DNA from: an uncultured Methanosarcinales archaeon
GTDB lineage: Archaea; Halobacteriota; Methanosarcinia; Methanotrichales; Methanotrichaceae
NCBI GenBank assembly: GCA_963843555.1
Contig: CAWJKV010000011.1
Coordinates: 1-64,000 of the forward strand
Reading direction: 5' to 3'
Length of the DNA stretch: 64,000 nucleotides
The notes under the pieces were generated by a model. That model was not told the origin of the DNA. It saw only the letters and a program-made list of their open reading frames with translations, and searched no databases. The position numbers and the translations under genes were made by a program. Each line of letters starts with the position of its first letter. The first letter of the stretch is position 1. This document shows positions 52,163 through 64,000 of the stretch, piece by piece.

Positions 52163-55100
52163 CTACTCTAAAGAATGCCGACAAATTGAAAATCTTACAT
52201 CAGCCTTAATTTTTGAGATTTCGTCAGTAGGTCCTTCTATTAGATATCTATCCAAAAGAGATAGATCCCGACGGGTACCCTTCACTTTAAGGAATGCAGC
52301 AACAACCAGCAGGCCCCTCAAGCAGCAATTCAGTCCCAACCATTTCTCAATGATTATTTGAGCCCGAGGATCATGTCGCTTTTCAAATTTCTCAACCCAA
52401 TGAGTAAAATGCCACATTAGGCTTTCTGAATCCAAACTCAGATCTGCCGAAAATTTATCCAATTCTTTTAGCAGATCTTCATCGGTAGGGTAGAAGCGTA
52501 TTCGCCATTCTTCAGTAAGCTTGTTGGAAATGTACTCCTTGTTCTCATTCAGGAATTCCTATTCGTTGGCAGAATTCTGCTATATGCCATAGCGTATCGT
52601 CATCAAGATTATCGAAATATGGAACTAATCGTTCCAAGTGCTTCACTGTAAGGTATTGCTGTCTCCTTTCTTCGGAGAACCCAAAAAACCAATGAAGCTG
52701 TTTAAAGATTGGCACCTTGCCTGGACATCCGCGAATACTGGAATCTGCAAGTCTCAGGGTTTTTTCCGTACCAATGTACAGAGCCGCTTGGACAAATCTT
52801 GGAATGCATTTAAGATACTTCCAATATTTCTCCAGTAGCGTTTCTGCATCTTTAGAAGGTATCGTAGTCAAAATTCGTGAAAGATAATACGCTGTATTGT
52901 CAGAGGTTTCATCAGGAATTTTATTCTCTAATGCCTCCATGTAATGTTCAGTAACGGCCATGATCTCATCACACCAAACATTGTGTGTAATGTGGAACAT
53001 GTGCATATCACTTAACAAAAGAGATGCTAATTGCTTTGTAACGCTCATATCACCAAGCTGCGCGCGTCTACGTATTGCCATTCGGTAAAGCGAAGATTCG
53101 GAAGCTATTTCTCTCAGGATGCCAAGTTGTTCTTGTTGAGCGTTATTGCTCCATATTCTAAACGCCTGATATCTCACCTGTCCATCAGCTTCAAGAGAAT
53201 TCCATTGTTTTTTTAGCATTTCCATTGATGGTTGTGACAACATGCGGCCGGCAGGACGAGTTGGATTCCATGTATCTGATAAATACATTGCAAAAAAAGT
53301 CCCTTTTTCTTTAGCGGCAAACTGCACGATGCATTCGATCGCTTCTGGTGTGTCGATGCGTTCAAGTATTATTGCAATTGGCCAGTACAAAGAATCACAT
53401 GAGTTCTGCAAGCCAATAAAATAATTAATGGCTTCATTACTGATGCCTCGCGACATGGCAAAAGTAAGTTCCTCTGAAACCTGAATCCTTGGACTAGGCT
53501 CAAAATTAGATTTATCTTTATCAGATAAGCTTGCCAAATAGTTCATCATCGGCCCGAGAAGTTTATCCGCTCGATCAGTGCAACATCGGGATCCTGCCCA
53601 GATTGCATCTGCCAGGACGTATTCTTTATCGTTTGCGAGATTCCAGCAATCAATAATTTCTTTTTCCAATTCAACAAACCCTAAGAAACCAACTAAAGCC
53701 AAGGAGCCTTTGCGTTCCTTATCCGTAGAACTAAGAGATGTTAATAATCCCCTTAGCTCATTCAATAGTTGTACTTTATGTCGCTTTTTGGCGTGTTCAA
53801 TCATTTGATCTCGCAAATCAGAACCCGTACTGATAGAAACCCGATTACAGTATTCTGCGCCACTTCTTGCACAGCCATTCCGCAAGCGAGATAAAAGAAT
53901 TGGCCAATAATGAGGGAACTTTTCAGTTATATCAAGAACGGCAGTAGAATCCGTATCAATTAGACTCCAGCAGATTGAATTAACGACGGAATCCAGGACG
54001 ACTCCTGTTACTAAATTCTTTTCTACCCAAATATTAATTATATCTATGATTTTTCTATGGTAGTCCGTAGTGGGATTGCCGAGATTTTTGAGGGCTTCAA
54101 AAAGAACCAATGGGTGATTTTCCGCAAAAACTTGAATAATGGTCTCAATTTGGGGTGATAATATAATAGCTTTGCCAATTATTTCGGCATAATAAGGTTC
54201 CTGCAATATCTCTAAATTTAAGAGAGGATCTTCGAGCATCGAAATCATTATATTTACTAGTAATGTCTCTCTGATACGGTCATGGCGGAAAGCTAGTCTA
54301 TTTTCACGATCTGTTAATCGAATAAGCTTTTTATGTCGGATAAGTTCACGCATAACATTCAATGTTTCATGATCTTTCTCAAGCCAATATTGAATCTCTT
54401 CCCAAGAGGGATTAAATCGTCTTTCTCTTAACATATGTGTGCATACACAGGAAAGAGCTTTTAGATATTCATTTGATAGATATCCCCTATCAGAAGCGAC
54501 TTCTTTGATACATTGATCTATGAACCTTTCTACAACCCTATCTGTTATTTCGTTCAAGTCGTTTAAGCTAATCAGATTGGGGCCATTAGGTATTAGCTGA
54601 CAAAATAGGCCTATTAATACAGGATCATTACCCAATTTTGTGGCCAATGTTCGGTTTTCAGCACTGGTAAGGGATATCCCTGCAGCCGAAGTTGCTAGCC
54701 TAATAGCAATTAAGCCCTCTTCAGGTGTCATGGAGCCCACGGAAACCGAGTGTATCCAAGAATTCGTTCTTTGATTACGATCCCAAACCTGAGTCCAAAG
54801 AGGACATATAATAAAATATGCTGAGGATGAATCTCTTATATCATTTGGTGCATCTGATTGAGGAGGACGTGACCAATTGAGAAGTCTATCTATAATTTTC
54901 TTTGGTTCATCAATTCGATTTATATCATCAACAACTAAAATGAACTTCGATCCTCCTCGAATAAATTGACGCATATACTTTTCTGAACCATTTGATAGAT
55001 CCGGATGCAGATCTCGTAAAGTCTTATCAACTACATTTTCAATAGATGTACAATTTTGAATAAGATCAGCCGGCACCCACAAACCGTATCCACCAGATTC

Positions 55101-55841
55101 GATATGATTTTTCAGTGCTGTATACGCAGCAACACTTTTGCCAAAACCAGAATCGCCAACAAGGACTTGAAATGTGCATCTATTATCGAAAATCCCTGCT
55201 CGGATAAAATCATCTATCGTTCGCGGTAGCCAGACCTTTGGATCGGACAATTGATTTTCTTTTCCGTAACGGGCTAGACTCTCTCTGCAAATGTAGCTCA
55301 ATAATGACTCTGACAAAAGTTCAGCCTCAACACCAAGATATTCACGTCGAAGCCAATGACCTTCCGGCTTATTGTCTAGGAAATCAGCCAGAAGAGATTG
55401 ATCCCAAATGCGACAATTAAATTCAAGCTCTTTTGCTTTTTTTAAGGTATCGGACACTAATTTTACGTCGAGACGTTGATTTGTAGCAAGTATTACCGTG
55501 AAATCCGCTTCAGGATTTTTCTCCCTAATCTCATGTGCCAAATTATATGCTTTGATAAGATCTCCATTATCATTATTGAGCCATTTCGTTCTGAGTTTAG
55601 CTCTTTCTATCGTAGTAAATTGCAGAAATAAGAATCTGTCTGGTTTTATTCCAGGAACAAGACAAAATCCGTCTACTGGTGAGCGTATGGTCTCTCCCTG
55701 GGCATTAATACCGGTATGAATTGCCGCTGAGCAATCGTTGTCAGCACAACGCAGAATTGACATAGCCAAGCGTTCAAATTCTCCTCGATCGGTCATTCTT
55801 TCGAGAACTTCAACCGTACTCAATTGCTTATTGACCCCCAA
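52163..55841 (-). CDS. Large low-GC protein: putative N-terminal nuclease-like domain, STAND/NACHT-type P-loop NTPase, long helical repeats (frameshift near 52545)
   Basis: FERLA...PVDG...QFT; Walker A GDSGFGKS; Walker B ILVVDD; FRHDRIRE winged-helix motif; frame continues NKEYISNKLTEEW after one extra base. Confidence 0.75.
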
Positions 55842-55924
55842 TATTTTAGGATTGACTATGCGTTAAGAATATATAATTTATCACTGGCATGCAGATCTTT
55901 AGCTGTTTGATGGATGATACTTAA

Positions 55925-57457
<1,533 letters not shown>

Positions 57458-57459
57458 AA

Positions 57460-57819
57460 ATGAAAGAAGTCCTGGCCATCATCCAGATGAACAAGATGGA
57501 GGCAACGAAAGACGCTCTCGATGTCATCGGCATTCCCTCCATCACCGCCTACAAGGTCACCGGCCGGGGAAAGCAGAAGGGCCTCGTGATCCCTCACCCC
57601 TCAGAGCTTGCTGGAGTCGAATGAAAAGAGCATGAAGTACATTCCCAAGAGGATGATCTCGGTTATGGTGGAAGATGAGTTCGTTCCGGCTGTGGTGGCT
57701 GTGATCACCAAAGTGAACCGCACCGGAAACTTTGGCGACGGCCGGATCTTCGTCTGTCCCGATGGAGGAGTCGGTCCGAATAAGAACCGGCGAGACGAGG
57801 GAGCGTGGCCATATCATGA
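57460..57819 (+). CDS. nifI2: PII-family nitrogenase regulator NifI2 (frameshifted)
   Basis: MKEVLAII, GRGKQKG, PKRMI, GNFGDGRIFV. Confidence 0.9.
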
Positions 57820-59428
57820 GCGGAGTCGAGAGAGAGCCGGTAACCATTGCCAGGAGCCGCCAGACGGTCGAAGGAATGCTGCAAGGCATTCCCAAAAAGA
57901 CGAGCGAGATCAGAAGAAAGCACGTGGTCGTCAAGGACTCCTGCGAGATCGAGCAGAAGATCGAGGCCAACGACCGCAGCATCCCCGGCATCCTGACCAA
58001 CCGCGGCTGCGCCTACGCCGGCTCCAAGGGAGTGGTCTTCGGGCCGATCAAGGATATCCTGCATATCACCCACGGCCCCATCGGCTGCGCCTACTTCACC
58101 TGGGGCAGCGCGCCGCAATCTCATGAAGCCGGAAGAGGGCAGGGACTGCTACTCCGGCTACTGCCTGAGCACGGACGTCAAGGAGACCGATATCGTCTTT
58201 GGAGCAGAGAAGAAGCTGGCGCAGGCCATCCGGGAGGCCTATGCCATCTTCAAGCCGGAATGCATCTCGGTCTTCTGCACCTGCCCCATCGGCCTCATCG
58301 GCGACGATATCGAATCGGTCTGCCGCAAAGCCGAGGAGGACCTCAAGATCAAGGTCATTCCCGTGCGCTGCGAAGGCTACCGGGGCGTCAGCCAATCGGC
58401 CGGCCACCACATCGCCTCCAATGCGCTGATGGAGCATCTGGTGGGCACAGAGGAGCTGGAGAACCCCGGACCCTTCGACGTCAACGTCTTCGGCGAGTAC
58501 AACATCGGCGGAGACTACTGGGTGGTCAAGGATCTGCTGGAGAGGGTCGGCTACCGCATCGTCAGCCCCTTCACAGGCGACGCCTCCTTCCACGATATCG
58601 CCAAAGCCCACCGGGCCAAGCTGAACATCCTGCTCTGCCACCGCTCCATCAACTACACCAACCGCATGATGGAGGAGAAGTACGGCATTCCCTGGCTGAA
58701 GGTCAACTACCTGGGCGTGGAGGACACCGTCAAAACCCTGCGGGATATGGCCGCCTTCTTCGACGATCCGGATCTGACCAAGAGAACAGAGGCTGTTATC
58801 GCCGAGGAGATGGCCAGGGTCCAGCCGGTCATCGATATGTACAGGAAAAGGCTGGCGGGAAAGAGGGTCATGATCCTGGTCGGCGGCTCACGTGCTCACC
58901 ACGTCAGGAACATGTTCGAGACCCTTGGGATGGACGTGGTCGTGGCCGGCTACGAGTTCGCTCACCGGGACGACTACGAAGGGCAGAAAGGTCCTATCCA
59001 GCATCGTCCACACCGGACGCTCCAAGGTCCTGGAGGATATCCACTACGAGCGCGACCCGAACGTCGTTTCGCCCTACGACGATGCCGCCCTCCAGAAGAA
59101 GAAGGAGAAGATTCCGAGGCTCATGGATTACGAGGGCCTGCTGCCCCATATGAAAGACGGCCAGGTCATGATCGACGACTACAGCCATCACGAGTGCGAG
59201 CGGCTGGTAAAGGATCTGGGAGTGGATCTCTTCTGCTCGGGAATCAAGGACAAGTACGTCTTCCAGAAGATGCACATTCCCTCCCGCCAGATGCACTCTT
59301 ACGACTACAGCGGCCCTTACACCGGCTTTGAGGGCTTTGTACAGTTCGCCAAAGACATCGACATGTCCGTGAACAGCCCCACCTGGAAATTCATAAACCC
59401 ACCCTGGAGGCAGATTAGCAATGCTTGA
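57816..59428 (+). CDS. nifD: Nitrogenase MoFe protein alpha chain (2 frameshifts)
   Basis: RGCAYAG, HGPIGC, SQSAGHH, CHRSINY, QMHSYDY. Confidence 0.93.
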
Positions 59429-60780
59429 TTACACACCAAAAGAGATGGCGAAACGGGAGACGCTGGTCATAAACCCGGCCAAGATCTGCCAGCCCATCGG
59501 CGCCATCCTGGCCTACAAAGGCATCCACAACTGCATGCCCATCACCCACGGCTCGCAGGGGTGCAGCTCATACCTGCGCATGGTGCTGGCCCGCCACTAT
59601 CGCGAGCCTACGCTCGCTGCCACCTCCTCCTTCACCGAGGACTCCGTGGTCTTCGGAGGCAGAAACAACCTCAAGGAGGCGGTCAACAATGTCGTGAACA
59701 TCTATCATCCCGATGTTCTGGCCATCAACACCACCTGCTCCTCTGAGACCATAGGCGACGATGTCTCCTCCTTCATGGAAGAGATCAAAGAAGAGGAGTT
59801 CTTCGACCCCAATGTGCGCGTCGTTATTGCCAGCACCCCGAGCTACGTCGGCTCGCACATCACCGGCTACGACAATGCCGTCAAGGCCATCGCCCAGAGC
59901 TTTGCCCGCAAAGGCTAGCCCAATGGCAAATTGAATGTCATACCCGGATTCGTGGACCCGGGAGACATTCGTGAGATCAAGAGGATCCTGGGCATCATGG
60001 GCGTTCGCCATATCATATTCCCTGATACCACGGACGTCTTCGACGCGCCCCTGACACCCGAGTCCGGCGGCCTCTATCCGCCTGGAGGAACTACCATCCC
60101 GGATCTGATGGACGCCGGCAACTCCCGCGCCACCATTGCCCTGGGAAGGACCGCCGGAGCCTCGGGCGCCGTGGTCTTGAAAGGCAAGTTCAGCATCCCT
60201 GCCGTCATCGGCCCCATGCCCATAGGCATTCGCAATACCGATGCCTTTGTGATGAACGTCTCCAGCCTCATGGACGTCCCATTCCCGCAGGAGATGGAGT
60301 ACGAGCGAGGCCGGCTGGTGGACATGATGACCGATGCCCATCCCCACTTCCACGGCAAGAGCGTGGCCATCTTCGGAGATCCGGACACGGTCATCGGCCT
60401 GGTCAGCCTGGCTGTGGAGATGGGCATGAATCCCGTCATATGCTCTCACCGGCACGCCGGACAAGAAGTTCGCCGAGGAGGTGCATAATGTCGCCCCGGA
60501 CTGCGAGGCCATCATCGGCGACACCTTCCTCCTGCACCAGAAGATCAAGAACCATCCTGTGGATATGCTCATCGGCAACACCTTCGGCAAGCTGATCGCC
60601 AGAGCCGAGGACATACCTCTGGTGCGGGTGGGCTTCCCCATCACCGATCGGGCCAATCTGCATTACTTCCCCATCATCGGCTATGCCGGAACGGCACGCC
60701 TGGTGGAGATGATCGGCAACACCTTCCTGGAAAGACGGGACAGAGACTCGGACGACACTCACTTCGAGATGATCCTGTAG
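59421..60780 (+). CDS. nifK: Nitrogenase MoFe protein beta chain (in-frame TAG at 59916-59918, frameshift near 60445)
   Basis: INPAKICQPIG, HGSQGC, TTCSSETIGDD, GFPITDR. Confidence 0.92.
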
Positions 60781-60795
60781 GAAAAGTGAACTACC

Positions 60796-62225
60796 ATGAG
60801 CGTGATCAAGATCTTCGAAGGCAGAGAGGGGCACATCCCCCAGAAAGCGCGGCTCGATCCCATGCCCCTCTCCTGCAGCAACGAGAGCCTGGCCGGAGCC
60901 GTCAGCCAGAGAGCCTGCGTCTACTCCGGAGCCAGGGTGGTGCTCAATCCCCTCACCGATGCTCTTCATCTGGTGCACGGGCCCATAGGCTGCGCCAGCT
61001 ACACCTGGGACATCCGAGGCAGCTCTACCTCCGGCCCGGACCTCTACAGGAACAGCTTCTCTACGGACATGAAGGAGCTGGATGTGGTCTTCGGCGGCGA
61101 GAAGAAGCTGGCAACGGCCATACGGGAGCTGGCGGACAGGTATCATCCGCCGGCCATCTTCGTCTACTCCACCTGCATTGTGGGTATCATCGGAGACGAC
61201 CTGAGAGCCGTCTGCCGCAGAGCGGCAGCAGGAGCTTGGGCATACCCGTCATACCTGTACAGTCGGAGGGCTTTCGAGGGAAACAAGAACGAGGGCTACA
61301 AAGCCGCCTGCAACGCCCTCTTCGAGCTGATCGGAACGGAGGACTATTCAGCCCACGAGCCCCTACCATCAACCTGCTGGGAGAGTACAATGTGGCCGGA
61401 GACCTCTGGGCCATCAAGCCCCTCTTTGAGGAGATGGGAATCGAGGTGGTAGCTACGCTTGACCGGTGACGCCCGGGTAGAGGAGATCCAGAGAGTGCCA
61501 TACAGCTCAGCTTGAATCTGGTGCAGTGCAGCGGCTCCATGACCTATCTTGCCAAGAAGATGGAGGAGAAGTACGGTATTCCATATCAGGCGCATCAGCT
61601 TCTTCGGCTGCGGGGACATGGCCTCAGCCTTGCGCACTGCTGCCGAGTTCTTCGGCGGCCGCTAGGATGATAGCGAAGGCAGAGGAGATAATCGACCGCG
61701 AGACGGCCCGGGTGATGCCCAGAATCGCATACCACCGCTCCAGGGTGCGGGAAAGAAGGCTGCCATCTACATGGGAGGCGCCGCCAAGGCCGTCTCTCTG
61801 GTCAGGGCCTTCGAGGAGCTGGGAATGGAGGTGGTGATCATAGGCACTCAGACCGGAGATCGAGACGACTATCAGAAGATAAGCTACATCGTAAAGGACG
61901 GCACGGTGATCATCGACGATGCCAATCCGCTGGAGCTCAGAGAGCTGCTGCTCAAGCAGAAAGCAGATCTGCTGGTGGCAGGAGTGAAAGAGAGGTTCCT
62001 GGCCTACAAGCTGGGAATCGCCTTCTGTGACTTCAATCACGACCGGACCACGAGCTTCGAGGGCTACGACGGAATGGTCAACTTCGCCAGAGAGGTCGGA
62101 TGTCAGCCTCAACAGTCCGGTCTGGAAGCTGCCCATGCATAGATCAAGCCTCTTGGAGTCCGGAGGTCGGCAATCGAGAGTCCATCGAGAATGTAGCAAA
62201 CGGAGGTGTGAATGCCAATGTCTGA
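60796..62225 (+). CDS. nifE: FeMo-cofactor scaffold NifE (several frameshifts; end approximate)
   Basis: SQRACVYSGA, HGPIGCASYTWDIR, FNHDR. Confidence 0.9.
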
Positions 62226-63530
62226 GAGCTTTTCCACAGTTAACCCCTGCACCATGTGCATGCCCATGGGCAGCGTACTGGTCTTCCGGGGAATCGAAGG
62301 CTGCATGCCTCTCTTCCACGGCTCTCAGGGATGCAGCACCTACATGCGCCTGTACCTGGCCCATCACTTCCGGGAGCCGGTGGATATCGCCTCCTCGGCC
62401 CTGAGCGAGAAGGGGACGGTCTACGGAGGAGCTGCCAATCTCAAGCAGGGGCTGAAGAATGTGATCACCGGCTACAGCCCCAAAGGCCATCGGCATAGCC
62501 ACCACCTGTCTGGCTGAGACCATCGGGGATGATATAGTGCAGATCATCAGGGAGTTCCGGACAGAGGAGGCATCGGCTCCAGTCTACCATCATCCCCGTC
62601 TCGACGCCCAGCTACGCCGCGTCTCATGAGGAGGGATACAGAGTCGCTTCAAGGCGCTGGTTCAGGCCCTGGCCAGGAGGACCGAGCCCAGCGACGGGTC
62701 AACCTGGTGATGGGCTCGGTGATCTCGCCGGCGGATGTTCGCTACCTCAAGGATATGCTGGAGGACTGGGGATTGCAGACGAGTTCATCCTGCTTCCGGA
62801 TATATCCGAGACCTTGGATGCTCCCTCAGTGGAAGATCCGCCCGGCATCCCTGAGGGGGGAACGCCCCTGCGTGATGTGATCGACACTGCCAACTCCCGC
62901 CATACGTTGACAATAGGCGGGCGGTTTCAGAAGTGCCTCGGCCGGGGAACTACCTGGAGAGAGAGTTCGGGGTGCCGCATACTACGATGCCCCTGCCCAT
63001 CGGCCTTGCAGACACCGACCTCTTTGTCTCCAGGATGGAGGAGCTGACGGGCATTGGCCTTGCCCGGAAAGTATGAGACAGGAGAGGGGCAGGCTGCTGG
63101 ATACCCTGGCGGATGTTCACAAGTATCTGGCTGGTGTCAAGAGTGGCGGTCTATGGAGATTCGGATATGCGTCTGGGATTGACTCGTATCCTCTGTGAAG
63201 CGGGAGCCATGAGCCGCCGATTGTGGCCACGGGCTCATGCAGCTCCCGCTTTGAGGCGGAGGTAAGGGCGGCGTCTGAGGATCCACGGATTCTCCTGGGC
63301 GCTGACTTCACCCAGATCCACAGCGAGGTAAGAAAAGGGAAATCGATCTGATGGTGGGCCCCTTCACTGGCAGCCAGATATCCAGAAAAGAGGGAATACC
63401 GCTCTTGCGGGTGGGTCTTCCCAACCACGATCGGGTGGCCGACTCACCAGCTCCTCCTGGGATACGAGGGAGCGGCATTGGTGGAAGGAATGGCCAATGC
63501 GTTGCTGGATGTAAGGGATGGCATGAGCGA
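62212..63530 (+). CDS. nifN: FeMo-cofactor scaffold NifN (many frameshifts; end approximate)
   Basis: VNPCTMCMPMG, HGSQGCSTY, GLPNHDR. Confidence 0.85.
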
Positions 63531-63534
63531 TCGC

Positions 63535-63888
63535 ATGCTGAGCAGTTCCAGAACAAGGAGTACATACGCCTCGAGACCTTCAAGAAGAACGGACAGGTGG
63601 TCCCCACGCCGGTATGGTTCTGTGGATAGCGACGGCATACTTCGTGCCGTATGCCAACAGCGGCAAGGTCAAGGATGCGCAACAACCCCAGGTGCGGTCA
63701 CGCCTCCGACGCCTGGGAAGGCCCCAAGGCGTGACCACTGGAAGGGAGCGGCGAAGCGCGCGAATGGCGACGTGGAGATCAGGATCAGCCAGCTGCTCTA
63801 CCGCAAGTACGGGCTGATGAAGATGTCCTTTGACCTTTGGGGGGCCATCAAGCAGCTGGACTGGGCGGTCTTTGCCATCGAGGTCTAG
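63535..63888 (+). CDS. PPOX-class F420-dependent oxidoreductase (frameshifted)
   Basis: YIRLETFKKNGQVVPTPVWF...SGKVK...KYG. Confidence 0.8.
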   Translation: MLSSSRTRSTYASRPSRRTDRWSPRRYGSVDSDGILRAVCQQRQGQGCATTPGAVTPPTPGKAPRRDHWKGAAKRANGDVEIRISQLLYRKYGLMKMSFDLWGAIKQLDWAVFAIEV

Positions 63889-64000
63889 ATCCGTCCCAGG
63901 TTCTCAGTATTCCGGGCAGATTCGATCCATCCGGCAAGGATTAAATAAGTTTACACAATAACTACTAATTGGCAAAAAGTAAATGCATATGATAATCAAG

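Noticed and set aside
46730..52184. Arg/Ala/Pro-rich ORFs overlapping repeats A and B (e.g. 51150-51722, 48136-48417, 22648-22899)
   Set aside because: Frames are not conserved between copies; they are by-products of GC-rich repeats.

Overview
Archaeal DNA from a methanogen. The gene set (connectase/DUF2121, methanogenesis marker 16, archaeosortase A with PssA/PssD, nifH-I1-I2-DKEN, glyA-folD) suggests a Methanothrix/Methanosarcinales-like organism; this is an inference. Many single-base frameshifts also hit housekeeping genes (folD, gpmI, guaAB), so they are most likely uncorrected long-read errors. Core genes are interrupted by two accessory islands. Island 1 (~17.7-31.8 kb) lies between tyrS and gpmI. 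Island 2 (~46.8-55.8 kb) lies between marker 16 and nifH. In both, two-gene toxin-antitoxin-type modules (MNT-HEPN, RelE, HicAB, PIN, DUF2283, DUF488 pair) are separated by co-oriented, GC-rich, hairpin-forming non-coding repeats. Family A has about 10 full or partial copies. Family B has about 7 copies and a ~410-bp unit. The two families share sequence. The layout looks like a cassette array with no canonical attC sites and no recombinase in the window. Each island also carries one large low-GC candidate defence gene: a TPR-nitrilase and a nuclease-STAND ATPase-helical repeat protein. Other points of interest are three orphan solute-binding proteins in front of a kinase cascade, a secreted two-site cupredoxin, a structured intergenic element at ~36.0-36.6 kb, and an in-frame TAG in nifK.
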